This document shows positions 30,796 through 39,761 of a stretch of DNA of 64,000 nt, piece after piece. This DNA comes from Sedimentisphaerales bacterium. Lineage in GTDB: Bacteria > Planctomycetota > Phycisphaerae > Sedimentisphaerales > SM23-30. Each line of letters starts with the position of its first letter. Within the stretch, counting starts at the first letter, position 1. Under the pieces are notes generated by a model. It did not search any database. It saw nothing but the letters and a program-made list of their open reading frames with translations, and was not told the origin of the DNA. The DNA lies in assembly GCA_963666285.1 (NCBI GenBank), contig OY762711.1, one strand, 5' to 3'. A program made the translations under genes and the position numbers.

Positions 30796-31419
30796 ATGAA
30801 AATATTTATGATGTTATTACTATTGGTTGGTGTCTCTATTTCCAATGCTGGCTATTTTGATGCCAATGGTGTTACTTCTGACGGCGTATTATCTGACGAG
30901 GAATATGCTTATGCTGCTAGAGTTGACGAGGATAGTATATTGACTGTTATTGGGGGTGGAGCTGACGGAATTAGATTACTAGATAATTCACATTTGCATG
31001 TTTATTCTACTGCTGAATCTGTTGATGATGCGTTATACTGGATAGTTCCTTCAGATAGTAGCACTTTAACATTTTCTGGTGGAGTAGCTCATTATATATA
31101 TGTTCAAAAAGATGCTTCAGCTTTGTTAGACGGAGGGCAGGTCAACTACATTAGAAGTATCCAAAAACCTACACTTGGAATAACAATTACTATTGACTGC
31201 CAATATGATAGCTGGGATTGGATTTATGATGGAGAAGACATTGTTGGCATTACTGGCTTATGGCATAATGGTGATAATTTTTCAATTGGTTTTTTAAACG
31301 ATACTATACAATATAAGTACCCTGATACATGGACACATGTACAAGTAATTCCAGAACCAGCATCAATATTGCTGCTTAGTGTAGGAAGTATTTTTCTTAA
31401 AAGAAAGTATAAGATATAA
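30796..31419 (+). CDS. PEP-CTERM sorting-domain protein (paralogue)
   Basis: Near-identical RBS and signal peptide to 30124; VIPEPASILLLSVGSIFLKRK. Confidence 0.9.
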   Translation: MKIFMMLLLLVGVSISNAGYFDANGVTSDGVLSDEEYAYAARVDEDSILTVIGGGADGIRLLDNSHLHVYSTAESVDDALYWIVPSDSSTLTFSGGVAHYIYVQKDASALLDGGQVNYIRSIQKPTLGITITIDCQYDSWDWIYDGEDIVGITGLWHNGDNFSIGFLNDTIQYKYPDTWTHVQVIPEPASILLLSVGSIFLKRKYKI

Positions 31420-31578
31420 TTTACATTGGAATAGTTTTATATTATAATTTTCCCTTCTAGCGAAAGATAGCTGGAATAAATAACAATAAGACACTCAATT
31501 TTGGCTAGTGTGGTTTTGCTTTTTCCCTTCTGAATCCCGACCATAACATCATAAGGGCAAGATCACGCTGGCTTTTTT
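31420..31578 (+). ncRNA. Candidate small RNA with its own promoter and terminator
   Basis: TTTACA-N17-TATAAT; 20-bp helix 31504-31523/31553-31572 with six G-U pairs, then T6; no ORF in the track. Confidence 0.45.
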
Positions 31579-31918
31579 ATTTTAAACTGACCTAACTATA
31601 TTGTTTGAATTAAACCAGCTTTTTATTTTTCCTCCCCCCATCAGAAAATAGTAAAATGCGCACTCAATGCGCACTTTTGACTTTAAAATATTTTTTTTAT
31701 TCATTTGTCACACAAGAACTTACGTGTTTTTGTGTGGTTTTTTTATGCGCACTTTCTGCCTACTTACAGAAGCACTTTGTGTTTTTTACAAGTAAATAGA
31801 AGGTTGCGACCAAAAGAAAAATAACGTGGCATAAGCCCACTGAAATAAACCCATCTGCCGGACGGTTTTTCGCAACCTAACCTAATGGCAGGTGGGTTTT
31901 TTATTTTAAGGTTGTGAA

Positions 31919-32191
31919 ATGAAAAAAACAAATATCGATATCATCGAAACAATACTTGGTTCGGATCAAAGCGTATCTAGCCAACAACGAGAGCAGATAC
32001 TTGCAATTTGTAAAGGCAAGCCTGCCCCTATTACCCCCAGTTTCCTCAAAGCATCTGAAGCAGCAAAATATTTGAGCGTCAGCCTGAATACATTTTATTT
32101 AATGCGAAAAAGCGGAAAAGTCAAGGCCGTAGAAATATCCCCCGGCCTTAAAAGATATAAGCGTTCTGACCTGGACAGTCTTGGTAATTAA
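31919..32191 (+). CDS. Excisionase-like HTH_17 protein
   Basis: LKASEAAKYLSVSLNTFY...G.....RYKRSDL. Confidence 0.85.
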   Translation: MKKTNIDIIETILGSDQSVSSQQREQILAICKGKPAPITPSFLKASEAAKYLSVSLNTFYLMRKSGKVKAVEISPGLKRYKRSDLDSLGN

Positions 32192-32253
32192 ACAGCAAAC
32201 TAAGGATGGTTATTATCCGGCAAGGATGCCGGGCTATTTTACAGGAGCTAAAG

Positions 32254-32757
32254 ATGAATACATATTATGCAATCGGTGATTTATTCAAGTGTGCTGCATT
32301 ACAGAAAAAGATAGATGTAATTGCAGAACAAAACGAGGGTGAATTTCCAGAAGAATTACTAACAGAACTATTTTACGCACAGACTCAAAGTATTGATTCA
32401 TTGCAAGAACTAGGCGGCTTTGTTAAATACCTGGAAGCCAGACAAAACATGATAGCAGATCGCATAAAGGAATTAAGAGAGCTAAAAGATAAAGAAGACA
32501 GGCTTATACAGCGTGTAAAACAGGCTCTAACTGATTTCCTTATAGTGAACGGTAAAACGGTAGCCGGTGAATATACTTTCTCATTACGCAAATCTGAAGC
32601 CGTTAATGTTCCTGATATTACTACCCTGCCGTCTGAATACGTCAAAGTAAAGGTCGAAAAGTCCGCAGATAAAACCGCTATCAAAAAGGCTATTAAATCA
32701 GGTCTGGAAATCCCCGGTGCAGAATTAGAAACAAAACAGAATGTGCAAATCAAGTAA
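32254..32757 (+). CDS. Siphovirus Gp157-family protein
   Basis: Coiled coil, then SLRKSEAV..LPSEY..DKTAIKKAIKSG.EIPGAEL; start ATG 32254 behind AGGAG. Confidence 0.9.
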   Translation: MNTYYAIGDLFKCAALQKKIDVIAEQNEGEFPEELLTELFYAQTQSIDSLQELGGFVKYLEARQNMIADRIKELRELKDKEDRLIQRVKQALTDFLIVNGKTVAGEYTFSLRKSEAVNVPDITTLPSEYVKVKVEKSADKTAIKKAIKSGLEIPGAELETKQNVQIK

Positions 32758-32778
32758 TCAGATCGGAACGGAGTCATA

Positions 32779-33471
32779 ATGTCAGCAATAAAGAAATTAT
32801 CAGCAATAAGGGCTGAACTAAAAGTCCCTAAAAATCAATGGAATGATTTTAGTAAGTTCAAATATCGAAATCTTGAAGATATCCAGGAAGCGTTAAAACC
32901 GCTTGAGCAGGCACATAACGCAATAACTGTAATAACCTACGACATTCATCAAATCGGCGACAGGTACTACGTCAGGGCTAAAGCAGAACTGTTCTGTCTC
33001 GATGAAGGTGATTCTGTATTTGTAACAGCGGAGGCAAGGGAAACAGAAGAAAGACCCAAGTTTGACGCTTCACAATTAACCGGCTCTGCCTCTTCTTATG
33101 CCGGTAAATATGCTTTAGGTGGTTTGTTCGGTTTAGATGACAGTAAAGACGCAGATAGCCAGGAACCGCCAAAAGACCAGAACAAAAAACAACAAGGTAA
33201 GCAGCAGAATAAATCCAAACAGCAGCCAAAACAGCAGGAACAAACATCAAAGGAACAAAAGTTCTATGATTCGCTGAAAACTTCGATTGATGAGCTTGCT
33301 GGTGTTGACCTTGTAAAAATAGATTATGACGACAAAAAGCTGGAAGCAGCAGCCAAGAAAGCAAAGCAGGCAATAGTCGAAAAAGGCAAGAAAGCAAACA
33401 TTGCCAGTATTGCACAATACATATTTTCTGCTATTGGCATAACGGAGATAGGGAATGTTGCTACGGTTTAG
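32779..33471 (+). CDS. ERF-family ssDNA annealing protein
   Basis: KVPKNQWNDFSKFKYRNLEDI; Q.TGSASSYAGKYAL.GLF..DD.KDAD. Confidence 0.9.
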   Translation: MSAIKKLSAIRAELKVPKNQWNDFSKFKYRNLEDIQEALKPLEQAHNAITVITYDIHQIGDRYYVRAKAELFCLDEGDSVFVTAEARETEERPKFDASQLTGSASSYAGKYALGGLFGLDDSKDADSQEPPKDQNKKQQGKQQNKSKQQPKQQEQTSKEQKFYDSLKTSIDELAGVDLVKIDYDDKKLEAAAKKAKQAIVEKGKKANIASIAQYIFSAIGITEIGNVATV

Positions 33472-33856
33472 GCGTATTGGTGAAAAGGTCGCAGGCGATT
33501 GGAGCGGGCTTAAACGAGCGATAGACCTATTCCCCGATTGTATAGTTGAAGTTCGGAAATACGACAAGCAGCGTGAAATATCCAAGCAGCAAATGGCATA
33601 CTTGCACGCTGTAGTATTTCCGGCTTTAGCTGAATACATGGGCGTATCTGAGCTAATGGCAGAACTAATCCTTAAAAAGAAATGCGGCGAGCAGTGGTTT
33701 GTCAAAACCCTTAACCGGGAAAAGTTCATCATAAGCAAAACAGAACTGTCAACAAAACAAACAACTGTTTGGATGGAAAACATTTGGGATTTTATGGAGG
33801 CTATCGGTTGCCCTGTCCCACCACCAGATAAAGACTGGAAATCAGTATTAGAATGA
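33455..33856 (+). CDS. NinB/YbcN-like phage protein
   Basis: S.QQ.AYLHAVV..., S..ELSTKQ...MENI; position in recombination module. Confidence 0.5.
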   Translation: MLLRFRRIGEKVAGDWSGLKRAIDLFPDCIVEVRKYDKQREISKQQMAYLHAVVFPALAEYMGVSELMAELILKKKCGEQWFVKTLNREKFIISKTELSTKQTTVWMENIWDFMEAIGCPVPPPDKDWKSVLE

Positions 33857-33885
33857 AATCTTAGCTATTAACAAAGGAAAATGAA

Positions 33886-34185
33886 ATGATTAACACTACC
33901 CCGGAAATAGAGGCAAAACATAGAGAAGTCAAAGAATTAAGAAAAAGGCTTTTAGATGTTATTGGTGAAACTGATTTTACTATTGCCATGCTTGCATTAG
34001 CAGAAGCAACAAGCACTAAAGTAATAGAAATTCGGGACGACCTTCTGGCAAATCCATCTTATGAAAAGCTACTAATAGCTAATTTCACAATGGTTGATTG
34101 GGTAAATATTCTAAAACCTGATATTGACTTGGCAAATGGCATCAAAGAAAAACCATTTCCTGATATTACGCTGGAGGTCAAATGA
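33886..34185 (+). CDS. Hypothetical phage protein
   Basis: AAGGA RBS; ATGA overlap with ssb. Confidence 0.6.
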   Translation: MINTTPEIEAKHREVKELRKRLLDVIGETDFTIAMLALAEATSTKVIEIRDDLLANPSYEKLLIANFTMVDWVNILKPDIDLANGIKEKPFPDITLEVK

Positions 34186-34580
34186 GCAGTTATAACAAAA
34201 TAATTCTTTTAGGCAATCTAACAAGAGACCCGCAATTAAACTACCTTCAATCTGGTATGCAGGTTTGCGAGTTCGGTATCGCCTGCAATCACAAGTATAA
34301 AAGCAATGGTCAGGACAGAGAAGAAACAATGTTTATTGACTGTTGTGTCTTTGGTGCAAAAGCAGAAACCGTCAATCAGTATTTCAGCAAAGGTAAACCC
34401 ATATTGATAGAAGGCAGGCTAAAGCTTGAAAGATGGCAGGATCAGCAAGGTAATCAACGCAGCAAACATAAGGTAATGATAGATAACTTCTCTTTTGTGG
34501 GCGGCGGCAATGCACAGAACCAGGCCCAAAACAATAATGATAACTACGATGTCAATGATGACGATGAGATTCCATTTTAA
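34182..34580 (+). CDS. ssb: Single-stranded DNA-binding protein
   Basis: NKIILLGNLTRDP...KG..ILIEGRL...W; acidic tail DDEIPF. Confidence 0.95.
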   Translation: MSSYNKIILLGNLTRDPQLNYLQSGMQVCEFGIACNHKYKSNGQDREETMFIDCCVFGAKAETVNQYFSKGKPILIEGRLKLERWQDQQGNQRSKHKVMIDNFSFVGGGNAQNQAQNNNDNYDVNDDDEIPF

Positions 34581-34592
34581 GGAGTAAAAGAG

Positions 34593-35471
34593 ATGGCAAA
34601 AACAGAAATAGTAAAAATTGAAACACGTTTCAAACGTGCAAATAAATCACATGAACTTGCAGAGAAGAGTAAAGAAAAGACATTTCAGAATATGAAAAAA
34701 GTTTTGCAGTATGCCGTTGATGCAGGCAGAGAGCTAAGTGAAATAAAGCGTGAAATTCCACATGGGGAATGGGGTAGTGCTCTTTCTGAACACTTTACAG
34801 GATCGGAACGGTCAGCAAGAAATTATATCAAAGTTTATGAGGCATGGGGAAATGATGAGCTTCCAGAAGGTTGCACACTTACAGAAGCTTATAAGCTACT
34901 AAGTGAAAAAAGCGTGTGCAAATCGGCAACTGTTTCCGATAACGGCAAAAATAAAGGACTTACAGACGAAAACATAGAACCAGAAGATGATTTGCTTGAT
35001 GACATTGAGGGCCTGGAAGATGAGGAAACAGAAGAATCAACAGATGATGACTTTGAATATGAACAGCCTAAAGTTGTTAAGAAAACTGATGCTGTTGTAG
35101 TTGATAAGCCTTCTAAAGATAGATTTGGTCAGAAAGTTCCGGCAAAGTTGAATGACGTATTTGCAACAGATACGCAATATAACCAGTGGCGAAATCAGAT
35201 AAGCGATGTTAAAAGCGATATGATAGAGGTCGGCGGTCAGCCAGGTTTTGAAAGAATAGAAGAAAAGTTTATCAAGGCAAGATTTGAGAATCTTTTCGAG
35301 CTTATCAGGATTGCGCGGCCCTATTGTGTTTGTCCGGTATGTAGCGGTGACGGTGGTGTTGGTAGTGTATGTGGTTATTGCAAAGGTAACGGCTGGATGA
35401 CAAAACAGGTCTTTCATGCGACACCGGAAGAGTTCAAAACCGGGCTTAAAAACTATAAGGTTAAGAAATGA
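34593..35471 (+). CDS. DUF3102-like protein with acidic linker and C-terminal Zn-finger
   Basis: AGRELSEIK..IPHGEW...SERSARNY; CPVCSGDG...CGYCKGNG. Confidence 0.65.
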   Translation: MAKTEIVKIETRFKRANKSHELAEKSKEKTFQNMKKVLQYAVDAGRELSEIKREIPHGEWGSALSEHFTGSERSARNYIKVYEAWGNDELPEGCTLTEAYKLLSEKSVCKSATVSDNGKNKGLTDENIEPEDDLLDDIEGLEDEETEESTDDDFEYEQPKVVKKTDAVVVDKPSKDRFGQKVPAKLNDVFATDTQYNQWRNQISDVKSDMIEVGGQPGFERIEEKFIKARFENLFELIRIARPYCVCPVCSGDGGVGSVCGYCKGNGWMTKQVFHATPEEFKTGLKNYKVKK

Positions 35472-35635
35472 CGTGTATATGTGGTAATTGCAAACGGCGG
35501 GTTTCCATAGTTGATTTAGAACCAATTAAGATTAGCGGTAAAGAACTGCAAATATGCCCTATGTGTCGTAAATGGGTTTTTAATATCGAGAGAAGAGATG
35601 AAGGCGAGAAAATACCAACAAGAGGCGATAGATAA
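35468..35635 (+). CDS. 55-aa Zn-ribbon protein (not in ORF track)
   Basis: MTCICGNCKRR...ICPMCRKW; ATGA overlap with upstream stop. Confidence 0.55.
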   Translation: MTCICGNCKRRVSIVDLEPIKISGKELQICPMCRKWVFNIERRDEGEKIPTRGDR

Positions 35636-37262
35636 CGCTTTTGATATATTCAAAACAAAGCAGTCTGCACTTGCGGTAATGGCTACCGGTCTGGGAAAGA
35701 CGATTACTTTTTCCCATGCCATAAGCCGCCGTCATAATGAAACAGGCAAAAGAGCTTTAGTTCTGGCCCATCGTGAGGAACTAATTAACCAGGCAGCGGA
35801 CAAAATAGAACGTGCTACAGGTTTACATTCAGATATTGAAATGGCTTCAAACTATGCACAGACATACGGTGCATTTATATCTGAGGTTGTAGTGGCAACG
35901 GTGCAAACCCTTTGTCGTGACCATAGATTAGAACGCTTTAATCCGCATGATTTCGGCCTTATTGTAACAGATGAGGCACATAGGGCCGCCGCTGCTTCAT
36001 ACCGCAAGATATATAATTATTTTCTCGATAGCAATCCTGATTGTAAACATTTGGGCGTTACGGCAACACCAGACAGAACAGATGAGCAGGCTTTAGGGCA
36101 AATATATGATGACGTTGCTATTGACTATAGTATTTCTGACGGAATTACAGACGGCTATTTGGTTGATGTTGAACAGCAAGTTGTAGAGGTTGTAGGTCTT
36201 GACTTATCTAGCTGTAGAACCAAGCTCGGCGATTTGGCTTCAAGTGACCTTAACGCCATATTAGAGCATGAAAAAATAATGCACGAAATGGCTATCCCTA
36301 CAATGGAAATTGCCGGGGATAGGAAAACGCTTGTTTTTGCCAGTTCAGTTACCCAGGCAGAAGGATTAAAAGAGATATTCAACCGATACCAGCCTGAATC
36401 GACAGAATTTGTATGTGGTAAAACGCCAAAGGATGTCAGGCGTGATATTGTTGAACGGTATTATAAAGGTGAAATACGCCGTCTAGTGAATGTTGGCTGC
36501 TTTACTGAGGGCTTTGATGATCCAGGTGTCGAAGTTATAGCCAACGGCAGACCAACTAAAAGCCGGTCATTATATGCTCAGATATTCGGCAGAATGACAC
36601 GCCCGGCAGAATGTATCGCCCATGAATTAAACTATCTGGAAACTGCACTGCAACGGCGAGAACTTATTGCTAACTCAATTAAGCCTAAAGCCTTAATGAT
36701 TGACTTGGTTGGCAATTCAGGCCGTCATAAACTTGTTACTGCTACTGATATATTAGGTGGTAAATACCCCGACGAGGTAATAGAACTTGCAGCAGAAAAC
36801 GCCAAACGTAAGGGCAAGCCTGAAAATGTAATGACAGAACTTGCCAGGGCTGAAGCTGAAATAGCACACCGGCACAGGAAAGCATTAGAAGCCGCAGAAC
36901 GTGAACAAATCAAGTTTCAGGCTAAATATTACGCTGTTGATGTTTCGCCTTTTGATGTACTGGATATTACCCCTAAACGCATTCCAGGTTATATCACTAA
37001 AAAGCCAATGTCCACCAAGCAAAGGGAAATGCTAGAAAGATGGGGAATCCCCAATATTGACCAGATCGATAACAGCATACACGCATCACAGGTAATTGAT
37101 GCAGCACCGCCGTCAGATAAACAGGCTTATAGATTACGGCAAGTTGGGATAGACCCATCAAGCGTTAATAGAATTACTGCTAATAAGATTATGGGTAGTT
37201 TGGCTAAAAATGGCTGGAAAATGAATGACTATGTAAGAGGGCTTGTTAAGGATGTCGGATAA
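35598..37262 (+). CDS. SF2 DEAD/DEAH-box helicase
   Basis: RKYQ, ATGLGKT, DEAH, TATP, TEGFDDP, QIFGR. Confidence 0.95.
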   Translation: MKARKYQQEAIDNAFDIFKTKQSALAVMATGLGKTITFSHAISRRHNETGKRALVLAHREELINQAADKIERATGLHSDIEMASNYAQTYGAFISEVVVATVQTLCRDHRLERFNPHDFGLIVTDEAHRAAAASYRKIYNYFLDSNPDCKHLGVTATPDRTDEQALGQIYDDVAIDYSISDGITDGYLVDVEQQVVEVVGLDLSSCRTKLGDLASSDLNAILEHEKIMHEMAIPTMEIAGDRKTLVFASSVTQAEGLKEIFNRYQPESTEFVCGKTPKDVRRDIVERYYKGEIRRLVNVGCFTEGFDDPGVEVIANGRPTKSRSLYAQIFGRMTRPAECIAHELNYLETALQRRELIANSIKPKALMIDLVGNSGRHKLVTATDILGGKYPDEVIELAAENAKRKGKPENVMTELARAEAEIAHRHRKALEAAEREQIKFQAKYYAVDVSPFDVLDITPKRIPGYITKKPMSTKQREMLERWGIPNIDQIDNSIHASQVIDAAPPSDKQAYRLRQVGIDPSSVNRITANKIMGSLAKNGWKMNDYVRGLVKDVG

Positions 37263-38133
37263 CTGGATTGGAATAGAAAAGGCCCGCAAGTTATGTCCGG
37301 TTTGTGGTAAAAATGACTGGTGTCAGATAACCATTGATGGCTCTACTGCTCGCTGTATGCGCGTTGAATCAGATTGGCTCAAGATTGGCAAAGATGGTTC
37401 TTATGGCTGGCTGCACGTAATTACAGACAGTACAGAGGTAAAGCCTGTTGTTAAGCAGACAATAAATAAGCCGCCTAAACTACGCCCTGAACGCTGGTTT
37501 GAGCTGGCTATGGGTTATCGTGCTGGATGTGACTTATCGCCGCTAAGTACAGATTTGGGCGTGTCTGTGGCAAGCCTGGAACGCATGGAAACAGGCAGCG
37601 GATTAATAAAGTATAAGCCAGATCAACCCGCCCAACAATGTTGGACGTTTCCAATGCGAGACGGCAACGAAAGCATTATTGGTATCAGAACCAGACATGC
37701 AGGTAGAAAGGCAAGTTACCCCGGCAGTGAAAACGGCCTGTTTATCCCAGATGAAATATGCAGTAGTGAACTTGTCATTGTAGAAGGTGCAACAGACCCG
37801 CCCGCATTACTTGATATTGGTATTGAAGGCGTGATAGGCAGAGCTAATTGTAATAGTGGTATTAACCATATCCAGTGTTATATCAAGCGTACCAAACCAA
37901 AGAAAATAATCATAGTTACTGACAATGATGAGCCGAAAAAGCGTCCTGATGGTTCTGTATGGTTTCCCGGTCAGGATGGTTCATTAAGGCTTGCAAAGGA
38001 ATTACCTTATAAAGATATACCTGTTTGCATTATCAAACCTATTCGCTGTAAAGATGTTCGAGAATGGGTACAGAATGGATTAACAAGACAATTGTTTTAT
38101 AGCGTTGTAAAAAACACCAGACGCTTTTTATAA
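37252..38133 (+). CDS. Phage primase-like protein (Zn-binding + TOPRIM)
   Basis: CPVCGKNDWC...CMR; FPM; VEGATD; DND; KDVREW. Confidence 0.85.
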   Translation: MSDNWIGIEKARKLCPVCGKNDWCQITIDGSTARCMRVESDWLKIGKDGSYGWLHVITDSTEVKPVVKQTINKPPKLRPERWFELAMGYRAGCDLSPLSTDLGVSVASLERMETGSGLIKYKPDQPAQQCWTFPMRDGNESIIGIRTRHAGRKASYPGSENGLFIPDEICSSELVIVEGATDPPALLDIGIEGVIGRANCNSGINHIQCYIKRTKPKKIIIVTDNDEPKKRPDGSVWFPGQDGSLRLAKELPYKDIPVCIIKPIRCKDVREWVQNGLTRQLFYSVVKNTRRFL

Positions 38134-38526
38134 GCTCGTAAGCCTCAACCTGTAAAGGTCATGCAGAGCAAAAGACAACTTATTACAGCGGTGATTTCGA
38201 CCGTTCAACCTTGCGAGGTATCGAAATAGCAGAAGTTTGATTACACCGTCTATCTGCTTAATAAAACAGGCGATGAGCTGAATTATGTATCTGTTAATGT
38301 CGTGATGATATTTTCAGGAAAAAGTCGTGTAGGCTACTAGCGTTACCGCCTGCACGCCTTAAAGGTAACGCAACTTTAAGCACTCCAGCGTATCAGGCAG
38401 TGTCAGCGGTAATGGTGAAATGATACGCCGCACGAAAGCGACGGCTCGGCTCCGGTAGAGCAGAATTTTAGCATGTGCAGTCCCTATCCTGGGACGCAGT
38501 GCGCTCCGACTCTCACCAATAGAGCA
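38133..38526 (+). ncRNA. Candidate large structured RNA (or ssDNA) element
   Basis: More than 10 helices and two loop-loop pairings; no ORF of 60 aa or more; see findings. Confidence 0.6.
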
Positions 38527-38566
38527 TTTAATATTAACAACTATTTTAAGTAAAGAGATTTATATT

Positions 38567-39031
38567 ATGTCTAAACAACAAACAAAAAAAACTATTAAAA
38601 AGCATTGTGACCAGCTCTGGTCAATGATTGTACGGTTTCCCGGCAGGTGTGAAATATGTGGTAGTTCGACCAAGCAGCTACACGCCCACCATTTAATATC
38701 AAGAGAGCGGATACACTATCGTTATGACCTTAGTAACGGTGTTTGTCTTTGTGCAACCTGCCATGAGTTTAGTAATGATTGTGCTGCACATTCAAGTAAT
38801 ACCGCAGGTGTTGAAAACTTTATTGAATGGCTGAAAGGCTCAGAACATGGTCAATGGTGGAATGACAATAAAACCCAAAGGCCGTTAGAGACTTATAACC
38901 TTGCCTGGTATCAACAGCAGAAAGATTATTTGATGAAAGTCCTTGCAGATAAGTTGGGCTATAAGGGTAAACATACTTTATCTGGTCTTAGGAAGGCATT
39001 TAGAGATAGGGATAACGTATATGGCTATTGA
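38567..39031 (+). CDS. NinG/HNH-like endonuclease
   Basis: CEICG...HAHHLISR....RYD..NG.CLC..CH. Confidence 0.8.
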   Translation: MSKQQTKKTIKKHCDQLWSMIVRFPGRCEICGSSTKQLHAHHLISRERIHYRYDLSNGVCLCATCHEFSNDCAAHSSNTAGVENFIEWLKGSEHGQWWNDNKTQRPLETYNLAWYQQQKDYLMKVLADKLGYKGKHTLSGLRKAFRDRDNVYGY

Positions 39032-39221
39032 AAGCTGGGACGACATTAAACCGGGCAAGTGCAGAGTAAAACAAAGCGAGTTTCGGAAAAATGCCGTTCA
39101 GCTTATTCAAATTATTGAGGCTATGCCGGTAGATTGCCAGATGAGGTCTAACGGTATGGCATGTATTAAGAACATGATAGAACTGTACGAAGGAAGACAG
39201 TTAAAAGCTAAATCTAAGTAA
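39021..39221 (+). CDS. Small hypothetical phage protein
   Basis: ATG 39021 overlapping upstream gene end. Confidence 0.5.
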   Translation: MAIESWDDIKPGKCRVKQSEFRKNAVQLIQIIEAMPVDCQMRSNGMACIKNMIELYEGRQLKAKSK

Positions 39222-39233
39222 GGAGTACAAAAG

Positions 39234-39695
39234 ATGAAAGCAAAAAGTAATGTAATTTTGGTATTGGTAGTATTGATGATGATTGCGCTGGTGGGCTGTG
39301 GCAGCCTGCTTGACAGGGTTACACCTTCAACTATTCCCAAACGTGCGGCAACTTATGCAAAGATGCCTGATAAAGAAGGTGTGCAAAGCCTATATGACGC
39401 TGAAATCATCAAACGTGAACTTGGCATTGTCCATCGTGATAATCAGCTTGCCTTTATGCGGCAAATTGAAGATGACAAGCTTGCTTACGATGATGCCAGG
39501 GTGATAGTAGAAAACAATATTGCTGATTCAAGAGAACTGCAAAGCACTGTATTAAATGGCGTTGATATGATACCCGGTGTCAATTCAATGTTGTATGGTA
39601 TGGGCGGCTTATTGGTCGGTAGGAATTTTCTAAAGCGTCCTGGAGATCTAACTAAAGAGGAAGCGGCAAGCCAGCCCACCGAGCAAAAGGCATAA
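39234..39695 (+). CDS. Putative lipoprotein
   Basis: AAGGAG RBS; basic N-terminus, hydrophobic stretch, LVGC lipobox. Confidence 0.7.
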   Translation: MKAKSNVILVLVVLMMIALVGCGSLLDRVTPSTIPKRAATYAKMPDKEGVQSLYDAEIIKRELGIVHRDNQLAFMRQIEDDKLAYDDARVIVENNIADSRELQSTVLNGVDMIPGVNSMLYGMGGLLVGRNFLKRPGDLTKEEAASQPTEQKA

Positions 39696-39714
39696 GGAAA
39701 GAGAATTTTAATAT

Positions 39715-39742
39715 TGTTCTGCCCGTTTCGGCGGGCAGAACA
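39715..39742 (+). terminator. Strong UUCG-capped hairpin (possible terminator or processing site)
   Basis: TGTTCTGCCCGT-TTCG-GCGGGCAGAACA. Confidence 0.5.
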
Positions 39743-39761
39743 TTTGCAAAGGATTGCGGGA

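Noticed and set aside
38326..38380. HDV-like/theta ribozyme
   Set aside because: The pairing fits two hairpins with kissing loops; I could not assign a nested P1/P1.1/P3 double pseudoknot.
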